Virus record (IMG/VR): IMGVR_UViG_2695420658_000006
Reading direction: 5' to 3' (one strand)
Length of the DNA: 7,963 nucleotides
Source: a virus
Taxonomy: Duplodnaviria > Heunggongvirae > Uroviricota > Caudoviricetes
Part shown: in pieces, positions 1 through 7,963 of the stretch
How the letters are laid out: each line of letters opens with the position of its first letter
How positions within the stretch are numbered: position 1 is the stretch's first letter
The notes under the pieces: generated by a model
Told to the model about the DNA's origin: nothing
The model's database searches: none
Seen by the model: the letters and a program-made list of their open reading frames with translations, nothing else
Program-made: the position numbers and the translations under genes

Positions 1-187
1 AAGCAAGATAAACAATATCGGGCACTCTAGTTTTTATAATTAACAATTAAACGTCCATAAAATGTTATTTACTTTTCTTCGCTATTGTCATACGATTTTT
101 TATTCTTAATCCAAGAACATACTCCCTACCTATAGCAAAATCACTTTTTTAACAAAAGAATAACGTATTTAGGTAATCATTACGAAT

Positions 188-769
188 TTACCCTATAGGT
201 GCTACTGGCCATTCAATATCCGGTGCAGTTGATGTATCAACACGGTTCAGCAACACCCGATACTTTTTCCAAGCTTCCAGCAACAAGGTTTCTTTCTCCG
301 TTGCGATCTCCAGATCCACAGCATCCTGAAGCGGCGCTATATGCTCACTGGCTACCTGCATCAGGCTGTTTTTTGTTTCTTCCGCCTCCCGGATCCGGAA
401 CAGTTTTTCTGCTTCCGTATCCTTCACCCAGGCTGTGCCGTTCCACTTCTGAAACTCCCCTTCCGGGGATAACCAGGTGACATTTTCCGGTAATGAGCCG
501 AGTTCAGAAATAAATAACGCGTCGCCGGAAGCCACGTCATAAACCGTTTTACCCCGATGATCTTCAACGAGATGCCACGATGACTCATCACTGTTGAAAA
601 CAGCCACGAAACCAGCCGGAATATCTGGCGGTGCAATATCGGTACTGTTTGCAGGCAGACCTGTATGAGGCGGAATATATGCGTCACCTTCACCAATAAA
701 TTCATTAGTTCCGGCCAGCAGGTTATAAATTTTTATGGTCCGTGCTTGTTCACTCATTCTGAATGCCAT
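188..769 (-). CDS. tfa: Tail fibre assembly protein (lambda Tfa-like), 193 aa
   Basis: Complete ORF; ATG at 769-767 and TAA at 190-188. Product begins [41 protein letters not shown], which is near-identical along its length to lambda Tfa as recalled from memory. It sits immediately downstream of stf, and its start overlaps the stf stop by 1 nt (TAATG). Confidence 0.9.
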   Translation of the reverse strand: MAFRMSEQARTIKIYNLLAGTNEFIGEGDAYIPPHTGLPANSTDIAPPDIPAGFVAVFNSDESSWHLVEDHRGKTVYDVASGDALFISELGSLPENVTWLSPEGEFQKWNGTAWVKDTEAEKLFRIREAEETKNSLMQVASEHIAPLQDAVDLEIATEKETLLLEAWKKYRVLLNRVDTSTAPDIEWPVAPIG

Positions 770-3700
770 TATGCGAGCCTCACAATATAGTTAAATGCGA
801 TGTTTTTGACGGTGTTTTCCGCGTTACCAGCAGCGTTAACGGTGATGGTGTGTCCATGTGAACCAATCGCAACAGAGTGCGTATGAGCACCAATACCGAC
901 AGTATGCGCGTGTGCACCCGCAGATGCTGCTGTGCCGGACAGTGAGTGTGTATGGTTTCCTTCTGAAGATGATTTACCTACCCATTGGGAGGTGCCACTG
1001 GTTAATGAGCCACTGATACCAACCTGATTAGTCCCGCTAACTTGAGTACTCCCTGCCGGAAACATTCCAGTAGGTTGACTCCCGCTATTCGTTCTGGGCC
1101 CAGTCTGACTATGTTGGTGGGCCCCAGCTGAACTTGTAGAGCCGCTCAGACTGTGCGTATGCGCCCCGGTGTTATTCGTGGATTTAGTGCCGTAATCAAA
1201 CGACGATGTGGTTTTCGTCCCCAAATCCGTACTGGATGCGCTGGCGCTGTGGGTGTGCGATTTAATGCCATCCTGTTCCTGAGACAATACGGCACGACCA
1301 CTGGCGGGCTTGCCCTTAATCGTCCAGCCACGCATATCAGGGATCACGCCTGACGGATAAGCGGCTGCAAGTTTCGGGTAAGCAGATTTGTCAAAAGTCT
1401 GCCCCTGCATCAGGGCATAACCAGACGGAACGGTATCTGATGGCCACGGGATTGGTGCACCGACTGGATAAAACTCTGCAGGAGGATGAGCCGAGGTGTA
1501 AAGCTGCGCCCACGGCGACCAGTTTGCGTCGGTCGTATCCCGTCGTGAACGAATAAATGCCGGAGCATGAGCACCGCTTGTACCACTCCAGCCGATGAGT
1601 AACTCACCTTCGCCAACGGCTGTCATCCCTTTCAGGTGAATGATATTTCCATACGCTGTTGGATATCCGTTGTTATACACCTCGTATAACTCAAGACCTG
1701 CTGCCCCCTGCGTATTGTCTGTCAGCGCGGCTACCCGACCTTTTGAAGCCAGATTAACTGATGATACTGCTGTTCCACCTGACGGTAGCGCCCCGATCTC
1801 TGATGCCGTTGGCTTATTTCTGGAGTTATAGTCCCTTCGCCAGCCAGGTGAATAATCTGTTCCGTGATTAATATAGGTAAACTGGGCGTTGGTTGTTCCG
1901 CCACCGCTGGATGTGGTCGGAGTGGTAATGCGGATCGTCATCGCTGACTTTATCCCCATTACTTCAATGACAGCTCCGGCGAGATGAATATTACCGCAGC
2001 CAGTATCAGTAATGATTTTATTATTGCCATAAGACCAGGAACCCTTGCACATCCAGTATGGATGGTTAAATGCTCCCTGAGAATCCAGCCACTCGATAAA
2101 CTGTGCAGTCGTCCAGTTTCCTGTTGTTGTGCTTACTGACCCACCGAAGGCACGGCAGGCACCAATATTTTTCGTAAAGGTGTCTTTGCCAGGGATATCC
2201 GCACCGTTCTGATCTTTCTGCAGACGTTTCTCAGCATTGTCATTGGCTGCTTTTACTGCCTTTGGCGTTGCCGCCAGCGTTTCAGACGTGCTGTTGGTCG
2301 CGCTGCTTAGCTGGATTATCCCTTTCTGTGCTGTCGTTGCATCCTGTGCGGTGTATTTCCCGTTAGCCAGGTCATACGCGGCCTTAACGGCTTTTGGTGT
2401 TGCCGCCAGTGACTCGGAAGTGCTGTTAGTCGCACTACTGAGCTGTACTATCCCCTTTTTCGTCGTGCTCGCATCCTCAAGCGCCACGGCGGATGCAATA
2501 TCCTCTGCCCGTTTTGCCGCTGTCTCAGCGCGCGTTGCTGCAGATTCCGCCGTACTTTTGCTCTGAGCTGCTGCCGTCGCACTACCAGCAGCCTCTGTCG
2601 CCTTCGTGGATGCCGTCGTGGCGCTGCCCTTCGCTGCTGACGCCTGTCTGGTCGCCTCATCTTTTGAAGCAGACGCCGATGATGCCGATGACGCCGCCGA
2701 ACTGGCGGACGATGCGGCAGCCGTTTTTGAGGATTCTGCACGGGTTTCCGACGCTTTCGCGTTCGTTTCGGATGTCTTCGCTGCGGAAGCTGACCTCGCT
2801 GCTGCCGTGGCCTGCTCAGTGGCTTCGCCAGCCTTCGTTGTGGCTGTTGAAGCGGATGATGCGGCGCTTTCTGCCGATTTTCCGGCGGCGGTGGCACTGG
2901 CTGAGGCCTGCCCGGCACTTGTTGACGCGGCGCTGGCAGACGACGCAGCCGCTGTTTTTGAGCCTGCCGCAGCTGAGGCACTCTGTCCCGCTGCCGTTTC
3001 AGAAGACCTGGCGTTCGTCTCGGACGTTTTGGCCGCCTTCGCAGAATTTGCAGCCGCCGTCGCCGAGGAAGCTGCGCTACTGGCGCTTGATGATGCGTTC
3101 GTTTCTGATGATTTTGCCGCCTCTTTTGAAGCCGACGCATCCCGGGCTGAGGTGGCAGCTTCTGACGCTTTCGTGGTCGCGGTGGATGCAGAAGTGGCTG
3201 CTGATTGTTGTGACGCTGCCGCATTCGTTTCTAACGTTTTCGCCGCACCGGCACTGGTAGCCGCCGCGCTTTTTGAGGACTCTGCAGCGGCAGCACTTTT
3301 TGAGGCTTCAGTGGCCTTTGTTGATGCCGTTCCTGCGCTGGAAGACGCTGACTGAGCCGACGAAGCGGCCTGTCCGGCTGACGTGCTGGCTGCACGTGCT
3401 GAATCTGCAGCATCAGTCGCATGGGTTGCCGCCTCACGGGCTGATGTGCTGGCATCGCTGGCTGATTTCTTCGCGGCTGCCGTGTTCTGTGCCACCGCGG
3501 ACGCGTTACGCGCCACCTCTTCCACCATCAGCTCAAAACGGCGCAGTGCCTCCGGACGGGCATCATCCTCCGTCATGGCACCGAGAAAATCATTCAGCGT
3601 ACCGGGTCGGGAATCTTCATACACGGTGATGGTCCCGGCATGTGACGGCGGGAATCCTTCCACCAACAGAATAACGCTGTACTGACCGTACTCAACGTCC

Positions 3701-3852
3701 ATGCTGTAACGCCCGGCTTCATCCGGATTTTCTGAGGCCAGCGTGTTCACCACCACCGTGGTGCTGTTACGTTTTGCTTTCAGCTGGATTGTGCAGTTCT
3801 GTACCGGTTTTCCTGTGCCGTCTTTCAGTACACCTGAAATCTTTACTGCCAT
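769..3852 (-). CDS. stf: Side tail fibre protein (lambda Stf-like), about 1027 aa
   Basis: Start placed at the ATG at 3852-3850 ([26 protein letters not shown]..., matching the lambda Stf N-terminus) rather than the GTG at 3858 used by the ORF track; a GGGG Shine-Dalgarno-like motif lies 5-8 nt upstream. Stop TAA at 771-769. Contains a long Ala/Ser/Thr-rich low-complexity region, two tail-fibre repeat motifs, and C-terminal His-rich GAHxHS repeats ending ...[18 protein letters not shown], typical of Stf/T4 gp37-like distal fibre tips. Confidence 0.9.
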   Translation of the reverse strand: MAVKISGVLKDGTGKPVQNCTIQLKAKRNSTTVVVNTLASENPDEAGRYSMDVEYGQYSVILLVEGFPPSHAGTITVYEDSRPGTLNDFLGAMTEDDARPEALRRFELMVEEVARNASAVAQNTAAAKKSASDASTSAREAATHATDAADSARAASTSAGQAASSAQSASSSAGTASTKATEASKSAAAAESSKSAAATSAGAAKTLETNAAASQQSAATSASTATTKASEAATSARDASASKEAAKSSETNASSSASSAASSATAAANSAKAAKTSETNARSSETAAGQSASAAAGSKTAAASSASAASTSAGQASASATAAGKSAESAASSASTATTKAGEATEQATAAARSASAAKTSETNAKASETRAESSKTAAASSASSAASSASSASASKDEATRQASAAKGSATTASTKATEAAGSATAAAQSKSTAESAATRAETAAKRAEDIASAVALEDASTTKKGIVQLSSATNSTSESLAATPKAVKAAYDLANGKYTAQDATTAQKGIIQLSSATNSTSETLAATPKAVKAANDNAEKRLQKDQNGADIPGKDTFTKNIGACRAFGGSVSTTTGNWTTAQFIEWLDSQGAFNHPYWMCKGSWSYGNNKIITDTGCGNIHLAGAVIEVMGIKSAMTIRITTPTTSSGGGTTNAQFTYINHGTDYSPGWRRDYNSRNKPTASEIGALPSGGTAVSSVNLASKGRVAALTDNTQGAAGLELYEVYNNGYPTAYGNIIHLKGMTAVGEGELLIGWSGTSGAHAPAFIRSRRDTTDANWSPWAQLYTSAHPPAEFYPVGAPIPWPSDTVPSGYALMQGQTFDKSAYPKLAAAYPSGVIPDMRGWTIKGKPASGRAVLSQEQDGIKSHTHSASASSTDLGTKTTSSFDYGTKSTNNTGAHTHSLSGSTSSAGAHQHSQTGPRTNSGSQPTGMFPAGSTQVSGTNQVGISGSLTSGTSQWVGKSSSEGNHTHSLSGTAASAGAHAHTVGIGAHTHSVAIGSHGHTITVNAAGNAENTVKNIAFNYIVRLA
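2239..2460 (-). repeat. Two tandem copies of the phage tail-fibre repeat motif within stf (coding repeat)
   Basis: [30 protein letters not shown] (2371-2460) and [30 protein letters not shown] (2239-2328), 30 aa each with a 14-aa spacer. Lambda Stf carries one such motif ([24 protein letters not shown]) as I recall it. Confidence 0.8.
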
Positions 3853-3863
3853 ATTCACCCCAC

Positions 3864-3890
3864 AAAAAAGCCCGCCTGAACCGGCGGGCT
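3864..3890 (-). terminator. Rho-independent terminator downstream of lom, immediately upstream of the stf start
   Basis: On the minus strand: 8-bp GC-rich stem (AGCCCGCC / GGCGGGCT, plus 3869-3876 pairing with 3883-3890), 6-nt loop, followed by a U-tract (plus-strand A run 3864-3868). It lies 27 nt past the lom stop (3917-3919). Confidence 0.65.
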
Positions 3891-3895
3891 GTCAT

Positions 3896-4219
3896 AACAC
3901 TGTGTTACCTGGCTAATCAGAATTTATAACCGACACCCACGATGAAACCGTCAGTGCGCCAGTCACCACTGCCGGAACCTTCATAAGCAAGGTCAATGGC
4001 CACGGATTCGGTCGGGTTAAACTGCACGCCAGCCCCCCACGCCAGAGACGTGTNNNNNNNNNNNNNNNNNNNNNNNNNNNNNNNNNNNNNNNNNNNNNNN
4101 NNNNNNNNNNNNNNNNNNNNNNNNNNNNNNNNNNNNNNNNNNNNNNNNNNAACACTGTGTTACCTGGCTAATCAGAATTTATAACCGACACCCACGATGA
4201 AACCGTCAGTGCGCCAGAG
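3896..4219 (+). repeat. 69-bp perfect direct repeat (3896-3964 and 4151-4219) flanking the N run 4054-4150
   Basis: Both copies read aacactgtgttacctggctaatcagaatttataaccgacacccacgatgaaaccgtcagtgcgccag. Copy 1 continues into the intact lom 3' end; copy 2 joins directly to agacgtgt, i.e. it lacks the 83 nt at 3963-4045. Confidence 0.9.
3917..4053 (-). CDS. lom: Lom C-terminal segment (3' end of a lom reading frame; upstream part lost in the N run 4054-4150)
   Basis: Minus-strand translation reads ...NTSLAWGAGVQFNPTESVAIDLAYEGSGSGDWRTDGFIVGVGYKF followed by TGA (3919-3917). This matches the lambda Lom C-terminus as recalled, including the terminal aromatic residue typical of outer-membrane beta-barrels. 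Confidence 0.75.
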
Positions 4220-4688
4220 ACGTGTTGCTGTGGCGACCGTCATCACTTCCGGTCAGCACATCGTGCGTTTTCCCCTTATTGTCAGTTACGCGGATATAAT
4301 CCCCGGAAAAAGTCGACACACGGCTGTAAGCCACACCCGCCATCGCATACGCGCTGAACCATTCATTCACGCGCACAGACGGCCCCGCCATCACGCTGAA
4401 CCAGCGGTTACGCACGGAATCTTCATGCCAGCGGGTATCGCTGTAACGGGTCAGCTGGCGATTCTTGTCTCCTGCATAGCTGAATGACGTCACCAGCCCC
4501 AGCGTATCCGTAAACTCATAACGGTATTTCACGTTAATCCCGTTCAGATCATCACTGCCGGGAACGTTGGTCCGGGCATGAAGATACCCCGCGCTCAGCG
4601 TGGACTGATGTTCAGACGCCCATGCAGGCGCACCGGATACGGCCAGGCAAATGGCTGCGGACAAAATGGCTGCACAAACTTTACGCAT
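4206..4688 (-). pseudogene. lom: Lom/Ail-family outer-membrane protein, C-terminally truncated copy (160 aa; possible pseudogene or contig-join artefact)
   Basis: ATG at 4688-4686 with a GAGAGG Shine-Dalgarno motif 5 nt upstream. Signal peptide MRKVCAAILSAAICLAVSGAPAWA, then a mature region close to lambda Lom. The frame ends ...RHSNTSLAH-stop at 4206, where lambda-like Lom continues ...SLAWGAGVQFNPT...GYKF. The break is an 83-nt deletion between two cgccag direct repeats. Confidence 0.8.
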
Positions 4689-4710
4689 AATTACCTCTCG
4701 CTTTTCTGCA

Positions 4711-4736
4711 ATAAAAAAGGCACCATTTCTGGTGCC
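4711..4736 (-). terminator. Putative Rho-independent terminator between the J 3' end and the lom start
   Basis: On the minus strand: 6-bp stem (GGCACC / GGUGCC, plus 4719-4724 and 4731-4736), 6-nt loop, followed by a U-rich tract (plus 4711-4718 ataaaaaa). It sits about 23 nt upstream of the lom ATG. The upstream context is hidden by the N run starting at 4741. Confidence 0.5.
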
Positions 4737-5015
4737 CGTANNNNNNNNNNNNNNNNNNNNNNNNNNNNNNNNNNNNNNNNNNNNNNNNNNNNNNNNNNNN
4801 NNNNNNNNNNNNNNNNNNNNNNNNNNNNNNNNNNNNNNNNNNNNNNNNNNNNNNNNNNNNNNNNNNNNNNNNNNNNNNNNNNNNNNNNNNNNNNNNNNNN
4901 NNNNNNNNNNNNNNNNNNNNNNNNNNNNNNNNNNNNNNNNNNNNNNNNNNNNNNNNNNNNNNNNNNNNNNNNNNNNNNNNNNNNNNNNNNNNNNNNNNNN
5001 NNNNNNNNNNNNNNN

Positions 5016-5409
5016 ACCCGTGTATCGCGTGCCTCCTGGGTTATTTCCGCTCCCCGGATCGTCATACGCTATACCGTTAAAAATAATGGGCGGAATAATA
5101 ATCTGGCGGTCAAAGTTATGATCATCGCTTATGGTGACTGTAACCGTCCCGTTTGGTGTTTCCGTGTTACCCCACGTACCAGCCTGTTTCGGAAATGATT
5201 TGGATACAGCTTTAACGAAGTCACCTCTGACCTGAGTCGCCTCCAGCATGCCCTTAATCGTACAGTTTTCATTTACCGTGACATTGTTGAGCGTCCCGGC
5301 GTTCGCATTCACACTGCCACTGATATCCGCATTTTTAGCGGTCAGCTTTCCGTCCGGAGTCAGGGAAAATGCCGATGGATTTCCACCGCTGGTAATGGTG
5401 GGGGCCGTC
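5016..5409 (-). CDS. J: J C-terminal region segment (segment C), partial, bounded by N runs on both sides
   Basis: Minus-strand translation [75 protein letters not shown]...[21 protein letters not shown]...GGTRYTG is colinear with the receptor-binding C-terminal part of lambda J as recalled. No stop is visible; the J stop presumably lies in the N run 4741-5015. Confidence 0.75.
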
Positions 5410-5628
5410 NNNNNNNNNNNNNNNNNNNNNNNNNNNNNNNNNNNNNNNNNNNNNNNNNNNNNNNNNNNNNNNNNNNNNNNNNNNNNNNNNNNNNNNNNNN
5501 NNNNNNNNNNNNNNNNNNNNNNNNNNNNNNNNNNNNNNNNAATAAATATTGTTATTCTTCCGCTCATGTTTAGCACCGCGAAACGCCACCGCGGGAATAA
5601 CAATNNNNNNNNNNNNNNNNNNNNNNNN

Positions 5629-6349
5629 CATAAACCCTGACGGTAATGGTCCCTGATGGCCACCTCTCCGGTGCCCGGGAGTCCCGTGGGAAAGGTTTGC
5701 CCACTGTTTTAACGAGATCGCCTTCAATCTGGTTCGCGGACAATTTTCCCAGAACCCGACAGTTCTTATTAATCGTGACGTTGTTGAGCGTCCCGGAGTT
5801 CGCGTTCACGTTACCGCTGATATCGGCATTTTTCGCCGTCAGCCGTCCGCCAGGTGTCAGGGAAAATGCCGGAGGATTACCGCCGCTGGTAATGGTCGGA
5901 GCCGTCAGGCATTTCAGGAACACGTCGTTCATGAATATCTGATCGCCCTGACCAACAAACATCGGCTTTGTGTTGCCATTCGCAGGATTAATCATCGCAA
6001 TCCTGTCTGCCGCCAGCAGCACCTGACTCTGCATTCCTGCTGGCGTATTCTCAATACCGGCACCGATACCCGCAATATAAAGGCGTCCGTCCTTCATCTG
6101 TTGCAGCTTCACAGCCCACATGCTGTTCAGGTTATTATTTGTATCAACCTGAACTTTCTGTATCTGCTGGATTGCAGCACTCTGATTTTCCAGTTTTTTA
6201 TTNNNNNNNNNNNNNNNNCTGACATTCGTAATGGACGTCCTGATTTCAGTCAGGTCCGGCGCAAGCTGACCGTTATCAATCTGCGTCCACAACTCCTTGC
6301 CGAGATGCGTTTTATTGATCAACCCTTTATAAAAATTCAGATAACCTTC
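5629..6349 (-). CDS. J: J segment (segment B): divergent second copy of the central to C-terminal J region, partial, with an internal N16
   Basis: Minus-strand translation [43 protein letters not shown][N16][56 protein letters not shown]...[41 protein letters not shown]...[11 protein letters not shown]. It duplicates the end of segment A (roughly 90% nt identity by eye) and the start of segment C (roughly 80%), and is in a different codon phase from both. Confidence 0.75.
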
Positions 6350-6579
6350 NNNNNNNNNNNNNNNNNNNNNNNNNNNNNNNNNNNNNNNNNNNNNNNNNNN
6401 NNNNNNNNNNNNNNNNNNNNNNNNNNNNNNNNNNNNNNNNNNNNNNNNNNNNNNNNNNNNNNNNNNNNNNNNNNNNNNNNNNNNNNNNNNNNNNNNNNNN
6501 NNNNNNNNNNNNNNNNNNNNNNNNNNNNNNNNNNNNNNNNNNNNNNNNNNNNNNNNNNNNNNNNNNNNNNNNNNNNNNN

Positions 6580-7963
6580 ATACCCGCGATATAAAGGCGT
6601 CCGTCCTGCATCTGCTGCAGCTTCACAGCCCACATGCTGTTCAGGTTATTATTTGTATCAACCTGAACCTTCTGTATCTGCTGAATTGCCGCACTCTGGT
6701 CTTCCAGTTTCTTATTGACGGTCTGCGTGATTTCATTGCTGACATCCGTAATGGACGTCCTGATTTCAGCCAGGTCAGGCGCAAGCTGACCGTTATCAAT
6801 CTGCGTCCACAGCTCCTGAGCCAGATGGGTTTTCCCTATCTCGCCTTTGAAAAAATCCAGATAACCGGATGCATCATCACTCGGCTGACCAACAGCCTCC
6901 ACGAATGCCGATTTGCCAACGGTGTTCACACTGCGGATATAAAAGTAATAATCATGGCCCGGTTTGATATTGATACTGGCGGCTATCCAGTACAGCGCCG
7001 TGCCAAGATAGCGTGCTGTGGTTTCAACCTGCCTGATATCCGCAATCCGCTTTTCCGAGAACCAGAACTCAAACTGTACCGTCGGATCATAAACCGCAAG
7101 ATGCGGCGTGGCGGTTATCTGAAAATAGCCCGGCGTCAGCTCAATCCGCGACAGCGCTGCCGGTGCGGCAATCCGGAACGATACCGACGCCGGATCGCCC
7201 TGCTGCCCCCACGCATTTACTGCCCGGACTGTCAGCCTGTAGTTCCCCAGCGCCAGTTGTGTGAAGCGGTAAGTGGTTTCCGTCGTCCGGGCCGTGCTGA
7301 CCAGCCGCTCACTGCCGTCATCCGCTGTTACGGTCAGACGGAGCAGGAAGCTCACGCCCTTCACCACCTTCGGCGTGTCCCAGCGCGCCAGCACCTGATA
7401 TTCCCCGCTGTCTGCGGTGACTTCGGCAGTCAGGTGCTGCACCGCTGGCGGCGTGACACCATTCACCGTGCCGCTCTGGTCGCCGTCAAAGTGCGCCCCG
7501 TTATCCACGATGGCTTCTTTTTCCGGCACATGCTGCACGGCGGTGATGGCATACGTGCCGTCGTCGTTCTCACGGATACTCACGCAGCGGAACAATCGCT
7601 GGTGCAGCGTCGGCAGCTTCAGCCCCCACACGCTGTATTCAGCAACACCGTCAGGAACACGGCTCACTTTTACCTTCACGCCGTCGGTGACGGACTGGAC
7701 CTCCACGCTGACCGGATTCCCCTGCCCGTCAACCAGGCTTATCAGCGTGGTGCCGGAGGATGGCAGCGTGATTTCACGGTCGAGCGTCAGCGTCCGGGTC
7801 TGGCTGTTCACCGCCAGCACGCGCCCGCCGGTGCGGATACCGGCATAGTCATCATCGCAGATTTCAATGACATCGCCCGGTACATGACGAAGCCCTTCAG
7901 CACCCACGCTGAAATCCACGGTCTGCGTCTCCAGCAGTTCCGTTTTAATCAGCCACAGCCCGG
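6580..7963 (-). CDS. J: Host-specificity / tail-tip protein J, 5'-partial (continues beyond the window end), interrupted 3' by the N run 6350-6579
   Basis: The open frame runs off the window at 7963 (...[67 protein letters not shown]...). The fibronectin-III-like central region ([29 protein letters not shown]...) and ...[57 protein letters not shown]...DGRLYIAG match lambda J architecture as recalled. The M at 7919 in the ORF track is an internal GTG, not the start. Confidence 0.85.

Noticed and set aside
199-480. 93-aa plus-strand ORF antisense to tfa, and similar antisense ORFs at 7417-7848 and 6101-6718
   Set aside because: Each is fully embedded antisense within a well-supported gene (tfa or J), has no ribosome-binding site, and is Pro/Ser/Leu-rich in the way antisense readings usually are. 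The 6101-6718 ORF also runs through N.
2448-3224. 258-aa Arg/Pro/Gln-rich ORF on the minus strand, plus plus-strand ORFs at 2606-3355 (Ala/Asp-rich), 2493-3260 and 2237-2566
   Set aside because: All lie inside stf and are alternative-frame or antisense readings of its GC-rich, repetitive Ala/Ser/Thr region. Their compositions are what frame-shifted GCN/AGC/ACN repeats produce, and they have no independent start context.
3856-3858. GTG at 3858 as the stf start (used by the ORF track, giving MNMAVK...)
   Set aside because: The ATG two codons downstream (3852-3850) gives the lambda Stf N-terminus MAVKISG and has better spacing from the GGGG Shine-Dalgarno-like motif.
4054-4150. Insertion sequence or MITE at the N run flanked by the 69-bp direct repeat
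   Set aside because: A 69-bp duplication is far longer than a target-site duplication, and 97 nt is too short for an insertion sequence. A contig overlap or local duplication explains it better.
4206-5663. 485-aa minus-strand ORF in the six-frame track that appears to fuse a J-like region to Lom
   Set aside because: The fusion exists only because the N runs at 4741-5015 and 5410-5540 contain no stop codons and happen to keep phase. The Lom signal peptide, Shine-Dalgarno motif and upstream terminator show that lom starts at 4688.
5016-6349. Diversity-generating retroelement targeting the J C-terminus
   Set aside because: Differences between segments B and C are spread over all base types rather than confined to adenine positions, and no reverse transcriptase is present in the window.
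5016-6349. Invertible tail-fibre cassette switch (Mu G-segment or P1 C-segment type) or shufflon
   Set aside because: All J segments are in direct orientation on the same strand. No invertase or recombinase gene and no inverted crossover sites are visible.

Overview
This window is the distal tail-fibre module of a lambda-like (lambdoid) phage or prophage, most likely enterobacterial, with every gene on the minus strand. Reading 5'->3' on the minus strand (high to low coordinates) it contains host-specificity protein J (5'-partial at the window edge, followed by two further divergent, overlapping J segments), then lom (Ail/Lom outer-membrane protein), then stf (side tail fibre, expanded to about 1027 aa), then tfa (tail fibre assembly), then an AT-rich non-coding end (1-187). 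Identifications rest on protein similarity to phage lambda J, Lom, Stf and Tfa as I recall them; no database search was run. Six runs of N (4054-4150, 4741-5015, 5410-5540, 5605-5628, 6203-6218, 6350-6579) interrupt the J-lom region, and most of them sit at the junctions between repeated segments. That makes a scaffolding or consensus artefact across paralogous prophage copies at least as likely as real biology. I see no evidence of a new multi-gene system; the points worth a second look are the tandem divergent J segments, a lom copy truncated by an 83-bp deletion, and an stf that differs from lambda's in its central region.
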